Shown here piece after piece: positions 28,919-39,410 of a stretch of 64,000 nt of DNA. The stretch comes from Ignavibacteriales bacterium. Its GTDB lineage: Bacteria; Bacteroidota; Ignavibacteria; Ignavibacteriales; SURF-24. The stretch spans positions 62,366 through 126,365 of the forward strand of contig JAPLFH010000005.1 of NCBI GenBank assembly GCA_026390815.1, read 5' to 3'. Positions within the stretch are counted from its first letter, which is position 1. Each line of letters opens with the position of its first letter. Position numbers and translations under genes: made by a program. The notes beneath the pieces were generated by a model. The model saw nothing but the letters and a program-made list of their open reading frames with translations. It was not told the DNA's origin and made no database searches.

Positions 28919-29083
28919 TCAATCGTCGCCATCATCTTTCTTTGGTTTAAATATATTCTCCCTTCCCAGCCGTTCTTTTTTATCTATCCATTTGTCAATC
29001 TTCATAATTAACAAGCCAAACAGACCAAGTCCTATTAGAAGCAGGATGGTTACAGCAATAAATACAATCGAATAAAGACTCAT
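28919..29083 (-). CDS. Candidate 54-aa membrane micro-protein upstream of the OPT gene
   Basis: Hand translation gives MSLYSIVFIAVTILLLIGLGLFGLLIMKIDKWIDKKERLGRENIFKPKKDDGDD*, one TM helix plus a charged tail. It is below the track cutoff and has no other support. Confidence 0.3.
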   Translation of the reverse strand: MSLYSIVFIAVTILLLIGLGLFGLLIMKIDKWIDKKERLGRENIFKPKKDDGDD

Positions 29084-29138
29084 AAAAATTCCCAATTAAT
29101 ATTTTTATTCTTTTTTAATACAAACTCATATATTCTTT

Positions 29139-29927
29139 TCAGAATTTCAGTTTTCTCATTCCAATATGGCAGATTGCAAAATCATATTTTACTGGGTCTA
29201 TCGGATCATACTTTTTCAAATTTTGTGTAATTTCTTCTGCCATAATCCAGGAAACATTTTTACTTTTTGTAAGTTTTAATTCACGGCAAATCCTTGCTAC
29301 GTGAGTATCCACCGGGATAATTAGTTTGTGTGTTGGAATTTCGCTCCACAAACCCAAATCTAATTCATCTTTTCTCACCATCCACCTGAGAAATAAATTC
29401 ATTCTTTTACATGCGCTTCCTTTTAAAGGATCAGGGAACATAAATTTTATTCCAGATCGATAAGTGGAACCACCATTACATTTATCGCAAAGGTGCAATA
29501 GATTTTGTGAAAAGCAAGAAATAGTACTTTTAAGGTTTGATTCATCATCAAAATAATATAAAAGAAATAGATCTCTTAAAGTTGAATAGTTTGAATAGAC
29601 TAAATTAAGAATTCCAAATAATGAAATAATATCTTCGCCAGAATAAAAGCGATGTTTTAGATTACTGAAATATTTTCCATCCTTTTTATTATTGAAATTC
29701 AATACAAAATTATATGGTTCGCCAGATAATATTTTTTCAATTTCACTTAAAATATTAATAATTTGTTTTACATTTCCATAGGCAAAAACGGAAGCAAGGA
29801 ATCCGATTATTTCTATATCCTCAAACTTTGAATATTTGTGAAGGAACTCAAGCGGATCAGGAGATATTTTTTCTTTGCTAAAATATCTGTAATGATAATC
29901 CAGTTTTCGTTTTAGGGATAAACTCAT
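29139..29927 (-). CDS. TIGR02757/DUF2400-like conserved protein
   Basis: 262 aa. DPLEFLHKY..DIEIIGFLASVFAYGNVKQI and PVDTHVARI recall the DUF2400 family (HhH-GPD-like fold). It overlaps pdxJ by 4 nt. The family assignment is from memory of motifs only. Confidence 0.5.
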   Translation of the reverse strand: MSLSLKRKLDYHYRYFSKEKISPDPLEFLHKYSKFEDIEIIGFLASVFAYGNVKQIINILSEIEKILSGEPYNFVLNFNNKKDGKYFSNLKHRFYSGEDIISLFGILNLVYSNYSTLRDLFLLYYFDDESNLKSTISCFSQNLLHLCDKCNGGSTYRSGIKFMFPDPLKGSACKRMNLFLRWMVRKDELDLGLWSEIPTHKLIIPVDTHVARICRELKLTKSKNVSWIMAEEITQNLKKYDPIDPVKYDFAICHIGMRKLKF

Positions 29928-30640
29928 TTTGTACGCATAATTTTTTGCAATTCCTGAATGGCTTCTTTAATGCCAACCACAACTGCTCTCGCAAGAATTG
30001 CGTGCCCGATGCTAACCTCATCAATTTCTTCAACTTGAATAAGTTGTTTTATATTAATGTAATTAAGTCCATGACCTGCATTTACACCAAGACCAAGTTT
30101 CTTAGCTTGTTTTGCTGCCATTCGAATTCGATCTAATTCATCAAACTGCTCTTCTTCAGTCGGAGCATTCGCAAAAACTCCAGTATGAATTTCAATCAGA
30201 TCAGCTTTTATTTCTGCTGCTGCATTTATCTGATCGATATCTGGCTCAATAAAAAGTGATACCGGAATTTGTGCTTTGTGAAGGTCTTTGATTGCTGACG
30301 AAAGTTGATCAATATTGTCAATTACATTTATTCCACCTTCCGTGGTTAATTCCTGCCTTCGTTCCGGAACAATTGTAACAAGTTCTGGTTGTACATCGCA
30401 GGCAATTTTAATAATCTCCGGAACAGCAGCCATTTCCATATCAAGTTTGGTTGTGATTAATTCTCTTAACAGCCGAAGATCTCTTTCATTAATATGACGT
30501 CTATCTTCCCGAAGGTGAACAACAATACCATCAACACCTGCCTGCTCCGCAATTAAGGCAACGGTAACCGGATCAGGTTGAGTCTCTCCCCTTGCATTTC
30601 TAAGTGTTGCAACATGATCAACGTTCAGACATAATCTCAT
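29924..30640 (-). CDS. pdxJ: Pyridoxine 5'-phosphate synthase
   Basis: LNVDHVATLRNARG..PDPV, HLREDRRHI, LEMA-like MEMA, and a C-terminal NAGHGLNY..EVSIGHA. Confidence 0.93.
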   Translation of the reverse strand: MRLCLNVDHVATLRNARGETQPDPVTVALIAEQAGVDGIVVHLREDRRHINERDLRLLRELITTKLDMEMAAVPEIIKIACDVQPELVTIVPERRQELTTEGGINVIDNIDQLSSAIKDLHKAQIPVSLFIEPDIDQINAAAEIKADLIEIHTGVFANAPTEEEQFDELDRIRMAAKQAKKLGLGVNAGHGLNYINIKQLIQVEEIDEVSIGHAILARAVVVGIKEAIQELQKIMRTK

Positions 30641-30655
30641 TTGAATCTCCTTCCT

Positions 30656-31426
30656 TCAATTAAAAAAGATTTTGATAAAAGAATTTATTCCTACTCCAAA
30701 TTCGTTTGATTTATAACGAAGTGTAGATAGTAAATCCATATTAAAGATCAAACAAAAGTGAATCAGCACTCCATAAAGAAATGATCTGGTTCTGAGCGCT
30801 AAAATTCCAAGTAAAACTCCACCGATTATTGCACTAAAAGTTTCTAACGCTGGTTTTCCATTATGTAAAATAACAAAAGGAATCATCTGAATAAAGATGG
30901 CGTAGTATCCAAACTTTGATTCAAGACCAAAAAGCATATAACCGCGCCAGATAAACTCCCAGGAAAAAATATAGATGAATAGGAGAAATTCGAATATTAA
31001 AAAAACAGTCCAACTTTCCCTGGCTTCTGAAAGATAAGGATAAGTTATATAAAAAGATTTTGTGGATGAGACAAACCAAACAACTATAAACATTATTAAA
31101 ATAATTATTGCTGATAACTTAAAACCGAATCCAATTTCTCCAAACTTCAAACCATAATCAGCAATCTTTTCTTTGAAAATAAACAAGATGATTAATATTG
31201 GAAGTATAAAAAAGGAAATGGTATCACCTAAAAACCAATATGCATACTCAATTAAGTCAACTTTTGGGTTATCAGAAAAGTATTGGTATAAGTTAAATCT
31301 AAAATATTTTCTGGAAGTATAATACCAGGATATTGTTTGTAAAATTGCTATTGAGATAAATAGAATTACTATTTTCTTATCAAGTTCTTTTACTTTTCGA
31401 ATTTCAGCTAAAAGTTTGTCCTTCAT
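30656..31426 (-). CDS. CPBP-family intramembrane glutamic endopeptidase (CAAX protease-like)
   Basis: Polytopic protein with WEFIWRGY (EExxxR-type motif 1), a HxxxN-type motif (VILHNG) and LIHF. Confidence 0.7.
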   Translation of the reverse strand: MKDKLLAEIRKVKELDKKIVILFISIAILQTISWYYTSRKYFRFNLYQYFSDNPKVDLIEYAYWFLGDTISFFILPILIILFIFKEKIADYGLKFGEIGFGFKLSAIIILIMFIVVWFVSSTKSFYITYPYLSEARESWTVFLIFEFLLFIYIFSWEFIWRGYMLFGLESKFGYYAIFIQMIPFVILHNGKPALETFSAIIGGVLLGILALRTRSFLYGVLIHFCLIFNMDLLSTLRYKSNEFGVGINSFIKIFFN

Positions 31427-31545
31427 AATGTTTCTTTCTACAAATAATAATCTTGGTAATTAAGATACATTTTTTCCAATTCCGCTCAAAATCGCAAGAT
31501 TTTAACAAGAATTATTTTTATTATTTTCAAATCTCATTAAAAATG

Positions 31546-31574
31546 TTGAAAAATAGTTGCAACTTTTCTATATT
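31546..31574 (+). promoter_or_regulatory. Sigma-70-like promoter of groESL
   Basis: TTGAAA (31546-31551), a 17-nt spacer, then TATATT (31569-31574). It lies ~70 nt upstream of groES and abuts the CIRCE element. Confidence 0.55.
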
Positions 31575-31599
31575 AGCACTTGTTAAAACAGAGTGCTAA
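31573..31599 (+). promoter_or_regulatory. CIRCE operator (HrcA binding site)
   Basis: TTAGCACTT-N9-GAGTGCTAA compared with consensus TTAGCACTC-N9-GAGTGCTAA, one mismatch, directly upstream of groES. Confidence 0.88.
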
Positions 31600-31646
31600 C
31601 AAAATTTTCTAAAATGAATTTCTAAACTAAATAAGGAGGATTAAAT

Positions 31647-31946
31647 ATGGCAAAGCTCAAGATTCAACCTCTCGGTGATCGTGTAATTGTAAAAGCTGCT
31701 GAGGCTGAAGAAAAAACAAAAGGCGGAATTATACTGCCAGATACTGCAAAAGAAAAACCAATTGAAGGAACCGTAATTGCTGTTGGCGATGGAAAAATTG
31801 CTGACGATGGAAAGAAGGTTGCAATGACAGTAAAAGTTGGTGATAAAGTTCTTTATGGTAAATATTCTGGTACAGAAGTACGTGTTGATGAAGAAGAATA
31901 TTTAATTATGCGCGAAAGCGATATTTTTGGAATAATAACTAAATAA
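31647..31946 (+). CDS. groES: Co-chaperonin GroES
   Basis: [29 protein letters not shown].. with a strong SD (AAGGAGGA). Confidence 0.97.
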   Translation: MAKLKIQPLGDRVIVKAAEAEEKTKGGIILPDTAKEKPIEGTVIAVGDGKIADDGKKVAMTVKVGDKVLYGKYSGTEVRVDEEEYLIMRESDIFGIITK

Positions 31947-31962
31947 ATAAGGAGGAATAAAT

Positions 31963-33603
31963 ATGGCTTCAAAATTAATTATTTATGATGCGGAAGCTAG
32001 AGATGGCTTAAAGCGAGGTGTTGATAAATTAGCAAATGCTGTTAAAGCTACTCTTGGTCCTAAAGGAAGAAATGTAATTTTAGATAAAAAATTCGGTGCA
32101 CCAACCGTTACTAAAGATGGTGTTTCTGTTGCCAAAGAAATAGAATTGGAAGATCCGGTTGAAAATATGGGAGCACAAATGGTTCGAGAAGTTGCTTCTA
32201 AAACCAGCGATGTTGCCGGCGATGGAACAACAACAGCTACTGTATTAGCACAGGCAATTTATCGTGAAGGTTTGAAGAATGTTACCGCTGGCGCAAATCC
32301 AATGGATCTTAAAAGAGGAATTGATTTAGCTGTTACAAAAGTTGTTGAATATTTGAAATCTATTAGTAAAAATGTTGAAGACAGAAATGAAATAGCTCAG
32401 GTTGGAACAATTTCTGCAAACAATGATAAATCAATTGGCGATTTAATTGCACAAGCTATGGATAAAGTTGGTAAAGATGGTGTTATAACAGTTGAAGAAG
32501 CAAAAGGAACTGAAACTACTTTAGATATAGTTGAAGGAATGCAGTTCGATCGAGGATATATTTCACCATACTTTGTTACAGATGCTGAAACAATGGAAGC
32601 AGTTCTTGAAGATCCTTATATCCTAATACACGATAAGAAAATCTCAGCAATGAAAGACTTGTTACCTGTACTTGAAAAAGTTGCACAACAAGGAAAACCA
32701 CTTTTGATAATTGCTGAAGATTTAGAAGGTGAAGCTTTAGCTACTTTGGTTGTAAACAAATTAAGAGGCACTTTAAAAGTAGCCGCTGTAAAAGCACCAG
32801 GATTTGGTGATAGAAGAAAATCAATGTTAGAAGACATTGCAGTTTTAACCGATGGAACAGTAATATCTGAAGAACGTGGATTCAAATTAGAGAACACAAC
32901 TATTTCTTATCTTGGTAGAGCCAAGAAAGTTAAAATTGATAAAGACAACACTACAATAGTTGAAGGTGCTGGAAAACCAGATGAATTAAAGAAAAGAATT
33001 AATGAAATAAAAGTGCAGATTGAAAAAACAACTTCTGATTACGACAAAGAAAAATTACAGGAAAGATTAGCAAAACTTTCTGGTGGTGTTGCTGTTTTGA
33101 AGATTGGCGCAGCTACAGAAATTTCGATGAAGGAAAAGAAAGCACGCGTTGAAGATGCATTACACGCAACCAGGGCAGCTGTTGAAGAAGGTATTGTTCC
33201 TGGCGGTGGTGTAGCATTTGTTAGAGCAATCAGTTACCTGGATAAGTTAGAAGGTGAGAATCTTGATCAGACTACTGGTGTGAAGATAGTTCAGAAAGCG
33301 TTGGAAGAGCCACTAAAGCAAATTGTTAACAATGCTGGACTGGAAGGCGCTGTTGTTCTGAATAAAGTTAAGGAAGGAAAAGATGATTATGGATTTAATG
33401 CTCAGACCGAAGTTTATGAAAATTTAATTAAAGCTGGCGTTATTGATCCAACTAAAGTTTCACGCACTGCATTAGAAAATGCCGCATCCGTTGCTTCATT
33501 ATTGATAACAACTGAAGCAGTTGTATTCGAGAAGAAAGAACAGGATAAGATGCCATCAATGCCTCAAGGAGGTATGGGTGGTATGGGTGGAATGGATTAT
33601 TAG
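31963..33603 (+). CDS. groEL: Chaperonin GroEL
   Basis: [25 protein letters not shown] and a C-terminal [11 protein letters not shown] tail. Confidence 0.98.
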   Translation: MASKLIIYDAEARDGLKRGVDKLANAVKATLGPKGRNVILDKKFGAPTVTKDGVSVAKEIELEDPVENMGAQMVREVASKTSDVAGDGTTTATVLAQAIYREGLKNVTAGANPMDLKRGIDLAVTKVVEYLKSISKNVEDRNEIAQVGTISANNDKSIGDLIAQAMDKVGKDGVITVEEAKGTETTLDIVEGMQFDRGYISPYFVTDAETMEAVLEDPYILIHDKKISAMKDLLPVLEKVAQQGKPLLIIAEDLEGEALATLVVNKLRGTLKVAAVKAPGFGDRRKSMLEDIAVLTDGTVISEERGFKLENTTISYLGRAKKVKIDKDNTTIVEGAGKPDELKKRINEIKVQIEKTTSDYDKEKLQERLAKLSGGVAVLKIGAATEISMKEKKARVEDALHATRAAVEEGIVPGGGVAFVRAISYLDKLEGENLDQTTGVKIVQKALEEPLKQIVNNAGLEGAVVLNKVKEGKDDYGFNAQTEVYENLIKAGVIDPTKVSRTALENAASVASLLITTEAVVFEKKEQDKMPSMPQGGMGGMGGMDY

Positions 33604-33635
33604 TATAAAAGAGTCTGAGGAAGTCCTCATGTTAA

Positions 33636-33668
33636 AAAAGGCGAAGTTATTAACTTCGCCTTTTCTAT
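33636..33668 (+). terminator. Rho-independent terminator of groESL
   Basis: AAAAGGCGAAGTT-ATTA-AACTTCGCCTTTT followed by T-rich sequence, about 30 nt after the groEL stop. Confidence 0.8.
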
Positions 33669-33861
33669 TTATTAGTCTGCCTGCATTAATTATTTTCATG
33701 AAAGTTTTCCAAATACCTAAATTTTACCAACAATTTCTTTAAATACATTATCAATATGTTAAACCTTTTGCTCGATCTTTCTGTCTCAAAGTAGTGGAAT
33801 TATTCACATTGAAAGAGTAATTAATTCTATTTAAAAAATTTATAAATTTGTGGAGAAAATT

Positions 33862-34209
33862 ATGCAGCGCAATATAATCATCATAACAATTCTTCTGCTA
33901 ACTTCTTTAAGTGTCTCGAATGCCCAATTCCGTTTTAAGCCTGAAGACAGGTTAAAAGATTTAGTTGAAAAATTAAAATTGGACAAAGATCAAACAACCA
34001 AAGTTGAAATCGTTCTGAAAAAAGCTGGCGATCAACTGAATAATCTTTCTGATGATAGGACTGAAAGACGAGAAAAAGTAAGATCAATAATGGATGAATC
34101 TAATAAAGAAATTGAAAAAATCTTAAATAAAAATCAAAAGAAAGAATTTCAAAAAATGTTGGAAGAAAGAAAGAAACGTATGTCTGAAAACAGACGCAGA
34201 CAGAATTAA
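33862..34209 (+). CDS. Periplasmic LTxxQ-motif (Spy/CpxP-like) protein
   Basis: Signal peptide, then a charged helical protein with LKLDKDQTTKV and LNKNQKKEFQKM, which are LTxxQ-like repeats. The ATG at 33862 is preferred over the track GTG at 33850. Confidence 0.5.
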   Translation: MQRNIIIITILLLTSLSVSNAQFRFKPEDRLKDLVEKLKLDKDQTTKVEIVLKKAGDQLNNLSDDRTERREKVRSIMDESNKEIEKILNKNQKKEFQKMLEERKKRMSENRRRQN

Positions 34210-34245
34210 TAAATTCTTTTATCACCAATTTTTAGTTTTATATTA

Positions 34246-35547
34246 ATGGTAGACACAATGAGAAAAAAAATATTTATTCTTGCTCCAGTTGCTATTATGA
34301 CTGCTTTAGTCATTTACTTTTTCTTTTTTAAAGGAGAAGATAAGAAAGATAAATTCACGTTTGCAGATATTACCCGTGGAGATTTAAACACAACAATTAC
34401 ATCTTCCGGAACTTTAGATGCAATAAAAAAAGTAGATGTCGGAACTCAAGTTTCTGGAATACTTGCTAAAATTTATGTCGATTTTAATTATGAAGTGAAA
34501 AAAGGTCAGATGCTGGCGCTTATTGATACAACTTTTTTAGCAGCGCAAGTTAGAGATTCCAAGGCAGGTTTAGAAAGAGCTCAAGCCCAATACGAATCAT
34601 CATTTGCAAAACATAAAAGAAATAAACAATTATTTGAAAAAGGATATCTTTCCGAACTTGATTTTATCAATTCAAAAACTGCATTAAAAAGTGATTCTGC
34701 TTCCCTAAACTCCGCTGCATCCGCATTAGAAAGAGCAAAGACAAACTTAAGCTACGCTTTTATTGTTGCACCAATGAGCGGTAAAATAATTAATCGGAAT
34801 GTTGAACAGGGGCAAACAGTTGCGGCAAGTTTTTCAACCCCAACTCTTTTTACTATTACGGATGATTTAGCACAGATGAAAATTTTAGCAACTGTTGATG
34901 AAAGTGATATTGGGCAGATAAAGCTTAGGCAGGATGTTCAGTTCACGGTTCAATCTTACCCTGATAAAAAATTCACTGGTAAAGTAGTTCAGGTTCGTTT
35001 GAATCCTCAGGTTATTCAGAACGTTGTTAATTATACCATAGTTGTTAATGCTGATAATAGTGAAAAATTACTTTTACCTGGGATGACAGCAACTGTTGAG
35101 TTTTTTATTGAACAAAAAAAAGATGTATTGCTTATTCCCAACTCTGCGCTCAGATTCCAACCCAATGAAGATTTGCTGGCTGAATTTAAGAAAAACCTGG
35201 AAAAGGAAATGGCAAACGCACCGGATAGTATTAAGAATAGATTTAAAAATAGAGAAGGTGGAGGAAGTGGTAATTCTTCTGGAAGAGGTTTTGGAAATTC
35301 TTCCAACAGAACAAGAAATTTTGGCAGCGTATGGTACTTGGATGAAACTGGTAAGTTAAAAACAAGCCGTGTTGTTCTTGGGGTAACTGATGGAAAAAAT
35401 ACAGAGATAGTTAGAGGAAGAAATTTAAAGGAAGGAATGAAAGTAATATCTGGCATCGTAGAAAATAATACTCAAGTGCAAAATAACAAAACAAATATTT
35501 TGAATCCTCAAAGTAATATGCCGCGTAGTCCAAGACGTGGATTCTAA
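34246..35547 (+). CDS. Efflux periplasmic adaptor (HlyD/MacA-type membrane fusion protein)
   Basis: N-terminal TM anchor, a biotinyl-lipoyl-like GTLDAIKKVDVGTQVSGIL..V.KGQMLA, a coiled-coil hairpin and a beta-barrel region. It leads an ABC + TolC operon. Confidence 0.85.
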   Translation: MVDTMRKKIFILAPVAIMTALVIYFFFFKGEDKKDKFTFADITRGDLNTTITSSGTLDAIKKVDVGTQVSGILAKIYVDFNYEVKKGQMLALIDTTFLAAQVRDSKAGLERAQAQYESSFAKHKRNKQLFEKGYLSELDFINSKTALKSDSASLNSAASALERAKTNLSYAFIVAPMSGKIINRNVEQGQTVAASFSTPTLFTITDDLAQMKILATVDESDIGQIKLRQDVQFTVQSYPDKKFTGKVVQVRLNPQVIQNVVNYTIVVNADNSEKLLLPGMTATVEFFIEQKKDVLLIPNSALRFQPNEDLLAEFKKNLEKEMANAPDSIKNRFKNREGGGSGNSSGRGFGNSSNRTRNFGSVWYLDETGKLKTSRVVLGVTDGKNTEIVRGRNLKEGMKVISGIVENNTQVQNNKTNILNPQSNMPRSPRRGF

Positions 35548-35567
35548 ATAAATAGATAGGATAAAAA

Positions 35568-36314
35568 TTGAACCAGTTTGTAATAGAATTAAATAATCTT
35601 TCTAAAACATATAAAGTTGGTGAAATTGAAGTTCATGCTTTGAAATCAGTTAATTTAAAAATTGAAAAAGGAGAGTTTGTTGCAATAATGGGTGCGTCTG
35701 GATCAGGTAAATCTACTATGTTAAATCTTTTAGGTTGTCTTGATCAACCAACTTCCGGTGATTATTTATTGGATGGTATAAACACAAGCAAACTTTCTAA
35801 GAACGAATATGCAAAAATTAGAAATGAAAAGATTGGATTTGTATTTCAAGGTTATAACCTACTTGCCAGAACATCAGCATTGGAAAATGTAGAATTGCCA
35901 TTGATGTACGATAGAGGACGTCGAATATTGGATCCAAAAAAGAAAGCGATTGAAGTGTTGGAACGGGTTGGATTGGCAGATAGAATTCTTCACGAACCAA
36001 ATCAACTTTCTGGCGGACAGCAGCAGAGAGTTGCAATTGCAAGATCACTTGTAAATGAACCATCACTAATTTTAGCTGATGAACCAACAGGTAACCTGGA
36101 TAGTGTTATGTCGGTGGATGTCTTTGATCTTTTTCAAAAATTGAATGATGAAGGAATTACTGTTGTACTTGTTACGCACGAAAGAGATTTTGCAAATTTT
36201 GCTAAAAGAATTATTGAACTAAAAGACGGTAAAATTATAAAAGACTTTTTAATTAAAGATAGACTTATTGCCTCCGAAGAATTACTAAAACTTAAACAAG
36301 AAGCTGTTGAATAA
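35568..36314 (+). CDS. ABC transporter ATP-binding protein (MacB/LolD type)
   Basis: Walker [10 protein letters not shown], signature [14 protein letters not shown] and Walker [12 protein letters not shown]. It has a TTG start. Confidence 0.9.
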   Translation: MNQFVIELNNLSKTYKVGEIEVHALKSVNLKIEKGEFVAIMGASGSGKSTMLNLLGCLDQPTSGDYLLDGINTSKLSKNEYAKIRNEKIGFVFQGYNLLARTSALENVELPLMYDRGRRILDPKKKAIEVLERVGLADRILHEPNQLSGGQQQRVAIARSLVNEPSLILADEPTGNLDSVMSVDVFDLFQKLNDEGITVVLVTHERDFANFAKRIIELKDGKIIKDFLIKDRLIASEELLKLKQEAVE

Positions 36315-36331
36315 ATCTGAATGGAATTAAA

Positions 36332-37549
36332 ATGCAAACAAAAAATATTTTCAAAGTTGCAATAAAAAGTATTCTTAAAGCGCGAATGAGAAGTTTATTA
36401 ACAGCTTTAGGTATAATTATAGGTGTTGCAGCAGTAATAGTTATGGTTGCAATTGGAGATGGCGCACAAATGCAGGTTGAGCAGCAAATAGCAGCGCTTG
36501 GTTCAAATTTATTAGTGATTTTCCCTGGTTCAAGCAGCTCTGGTGGAATTAGTAGAGGTGCGGGAAGTATTAACAGGTTTACGATGGAAGATGTAAATAA
36601 AATAAATGCAAATGCTTCTCTTATTAAGGCAGTATCCCCCGTTGTAAGAGCTGGTGGACAGGTGATTGGTGGAACTGGTAATTGGAGCACGCAAACACAA
36701 GGTGTTGCACCCAATTATTTAGAAATAAGAGATTGGCAGTTGGCGTCCGGAGAATTCTTTACCGACAAAGACGTGATGGCGCGGGCTAAAGTAGCTGTTC
36801 TTGGACAAACAGTTGTTCAGAATTTATTTCCAAATACTGATCCTATTGGTCAGCAAATAAGAATTCGAAATGTTCCATTCAAAGTAATTGGCGTATTATC
36901 AGCTAAAGGACAAGGTGCGATGGGCAATGATAATGATGATGTTATTTTAGCGCCTTCTTCAACTGTATTGGATAGATTAACTGGTGGAAGATATATTACC
37001 TACATACAAGCCAGTGCTGCATCAACTCAACAAATCCAGGAAGCTCAGGATGAAATTACAAATATTATGCGGGAAGCTCATCGCCTAAATCCTGGCGATG
37101 AAAATGATTTTACAGTTAGAAACCAGGCAGACATAACTGAAGCAGCAACTGCAACTTCCAAAGTTTTAACAATTCTTCTGGCATCGGTAGCTGGCGTTTC
37201 ACTTATTGTTGGTGGAATAGGAATTATGAATATTATGCTGGTTTCTGTAACTGAGCGAACCAGGGAAATTGGAATAAGATTATCTGTGGGAGCAAGAACG
37301 ACTGATATTATGGTTCAATTTTTAACCGAAGCAGTTGTATTGAGTTTGTCTGGTGGAATAATTGGGGTAATTATAGCATTCGGAGTGACGTATATATTAA
37401 ATAATTATTCCAGCCAGGCTGCATACATTCGACCTGAAATTATCTTACTGGCGTTTGGGTTTGCCGGAGCAATAGGAATTTTCTTTGGGTTCTATCCAGC
37501 AAAGAAAGCTGCAAACTTAAATCCAATTGATGCATTAAGATATGAATAG
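36332..37549 (+). CDS. ABC transporter permease (MacB-like FtsX domain with periplasmic domain)
   Basis: An N-terminal TM helix, a ~230-aa periplasmic domain, then three C-terminal TM helices with the ERTREIGI motif typical of MacB/FtsX permeases. Confidence 0.88.
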   Translation: MQTKNIFKVAIKSILKARMRSLLTALGIIIGVAAVIVMVAIGDGAQMQVEQQIAALGSNLLVIFPGSSSSGGISRGAGSINRFTMEDVNKINANASLIKAVSPVVRAGGQVIGGTGNWSTQTQGVAPNYLEIRDWQLASGEFFTDKDVMARAKVAVLGQTVVQNLFPNTDPIGQQIRIRNVPFKVIGVLSAKGQGAMGNDNDDVILAPSSTVLDRLTGGRYITYIQASAASTQQIQEAQDEITNIMREAHRLNPGDENDFTVRNQADITEAATATSKVLTILLASVAGVSLIVGGIGIMNIMLVSVTERTREIGIRLSVGARTTDIMVQFLTEAVVLSLSGGIIGVIIAFGVTYILNNYSSQAAYIRPEIILLAFGFAGAIGIFFGFYPAKKAANLNPIDALRYE

Positions 37550-37600
37550 TCCATCCTTGGAACGGAATGAAAATTTTCCACAATAATAAATAACTCTTAG

Positions 37601-38947
37601 GTGAGATTGAAAATGAGATATTATAAGTTTTATTTTATAGCAGCTTCCTTGATAATTTCATTTAACAATATTGTTGCACAAAAAAAACTAAGTTTAGATG
37701 AAGCAATAACCATCGCACTAAATAGAAATACAAATGCGGTTAAAAGTGAAAATAATTTAAAAAGCACTGAAGCCAGTTTAAAGACAGCTTATGGTGATTT
37801 TCTTCCAACCTTAAACGTAAATACTGGCTGGGGCTGGCAAAGAGTTAGTGATGATGGTGGTAAAACTCAAATAGATTATTTTGGAAATGCACAAGTAATT
37901 GGTCCATCGCAAACAGATTCAAGAAGTTTTTCTTTTGGGATGAATGGTAATGTTACATTATTCGATGGATTAGCAAACATCTTAACTGTTAACCAAAGAA
38001 AAAATAATTTAGCAGCAGCCAGGTTCGACTTAGATAAACTGAAACAGGATATAATTCTTCAAACAATAAATTATTATGTTGCTATTGTTAACGGTGAGAA
38101 ACTTCTAAAATTTCAGGAAGAAGACTTGAAATACAATAATTCAATGTTGGATAAAATAAAGGAAATGTTCGACTTGAAAATGATAACAATTTCTGATGTG
38201 TATTCACAAGAAGTGCAGGCTGCCAATTCGGAATTAGTTTACTTACAAACAAAAAATAATTATGAAAAATCAAAGATTAGTCTTCTTAATTATTTATCGA
38301 TGGATGTTGCTGAAAATTATTCCTTCGAACTAAACGGCACAAAACTTTTGGATACGTTAGATATCGATCGTGATTTGGACAATTTATATAAAGAAGCAAT
38401 CGCAAGTAGAAATGATTATCAAAGCCAAATACTTAAACTTAAAAGTTCGCAATACCAGCTCTCTATTTCCAAAGGAGATTTATTACCACAACTGAATGGA
38501 AATTATGGATTCTCAACTAATGCAATTCAACCTGGTGATTTATTTAGTAGAAGAGTTTATAGCGTTGGTCTCTCTTTAAGTCTTCCAATTTTTTCTCACT
38601 GGAGCACGGATTATTCTATACAACTTGCAAAGGTACAAATTGAAAATAGCCAGGAAGATTTGTCTGCCCTGGAAAGACAGATTAAAAGTGAAGTTAAAAA
38701 TTCTATCCTCGATTTGCAGACTGCCAAAAAGCAATTGGACGTTTCTGATAAAGCTGTTAAATCGGCAGAAGCAAATTGGATAATAAAAAAAGAAGCTTAT
38801 ACTTTGGGCTCAGCAACTTATATTGATTTGCAACAGATCTATAGAGATTATTTGCAGGCACAGAACAATAAAATCAACCAGGAACAAAATTATTTAATTA
38901 AACAGTTTACACTAAAAAATGCGTTGGGAAAATTAACTACAAACTAA
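37601..38947 (+). CDS. TolC-family outer membrane efflux protein
   Basis: 448 aa with a signal peptide and two-fold repeated helical/beta pattern. It is the last gene of the adaptor-ATPase-permease operon. Confidence 0.82.
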   Translation: MRLKMRYYKFYFIAASLIISFNNIVAQKKLSLDEAITIALNRNTNAVKSENNLKSTEASLKTAYGDFLPTLNVNTGWGWQRVSDDGGKTQIDYFGNAQVIGPSQTDSRSFSFGMNGNVTLFDGLANILTVNQRKNNLAAARFDLDKLKQDIILQTINYYVAIVNGEKLLKFQEEDLKYNNSMLDKIKEMFDLKMITISDVYSQEVQAANSELVYLQTKNNYEKSKISLLNYLSMDVAENYSFELNGTKLLDTLDIDRDLDNLYKEAIASRNDYQSQILKLKSSQYQLSISKGDLLPQLNGNYGFSTNAIQPGDLFSRRVYSVGLSLSLPIFSHWSTDYSIQLAKVQIENSQEDLSALERQIKSEVKNSILDLQTAKKQLDVSDKAVKSAEANWIIKKEAYTLGSATYIDLQQIYRDYLQAQNNKINQEQNYLIKQFTLKNALGKLTTN

Positions 38948-39035
38948 AATTAAAGTTAGCCCAGCACTGTCGTTAGGAATATTCATTTAATGGAATGAAC
39001 TGCCGCCAGCTAAACAGATTTGTATTGGACCACAG

Positions 39036-39410
39036 TCATTCAAACCAGTTTTGTCGCTTGATAGCTATAGATAGTTTCAGTATACGTTCATTCCCATTTT
39101 TCGTGTTGAACATCCCGTCAAATACCCGTTGATTATCTCCTTGTCCGAATTTCTTAAAATATCTTTGGAAGGATTTATTCCCTGCCATTTGTTTCCATCC
39201 AAATATTTTCTGCATCACTTTATCCATTCTTGTTACTACTAAATGTTCAAATCGGCTCGGTCTGTTCCATATGCTTACCCAAAAATTGTTTATCAAATGT
39301 ACCGGATTATATCCTCGGTTTGATTTCTGTTGTGGTAATGAGAGCCGTTCTAATAATTCATTTATTTTGTCTTCTCTATCATCTGTTTCATTAATACCAT
39401 TCCACCCCAC
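39036..39410 (-). pseudogene. Transposase N-terminal fragment (IS4/IS1380-like), IS remnant
   Basis: 124-aa ORF ..SNRGYNPVHLINNFWVSIWNRPSRFEHLVVTRMDKVMQKIFGWKQMAGNKSFQRYFKKF.. resembles the N-terminal region of IS4/IS1380-type DDE transposases. There is no DDE domain, an in-frame stop lies just upstream, and no inverted repeats were seen. Confidence 0.55.

Noticed and set aside
33521-33742. 73-aa + strand ORF overlapping the groEL 3' end and terminator
   Set aside because: It starts inside groEL in another frame and runs through the terminator hairpin. It has no independent support.
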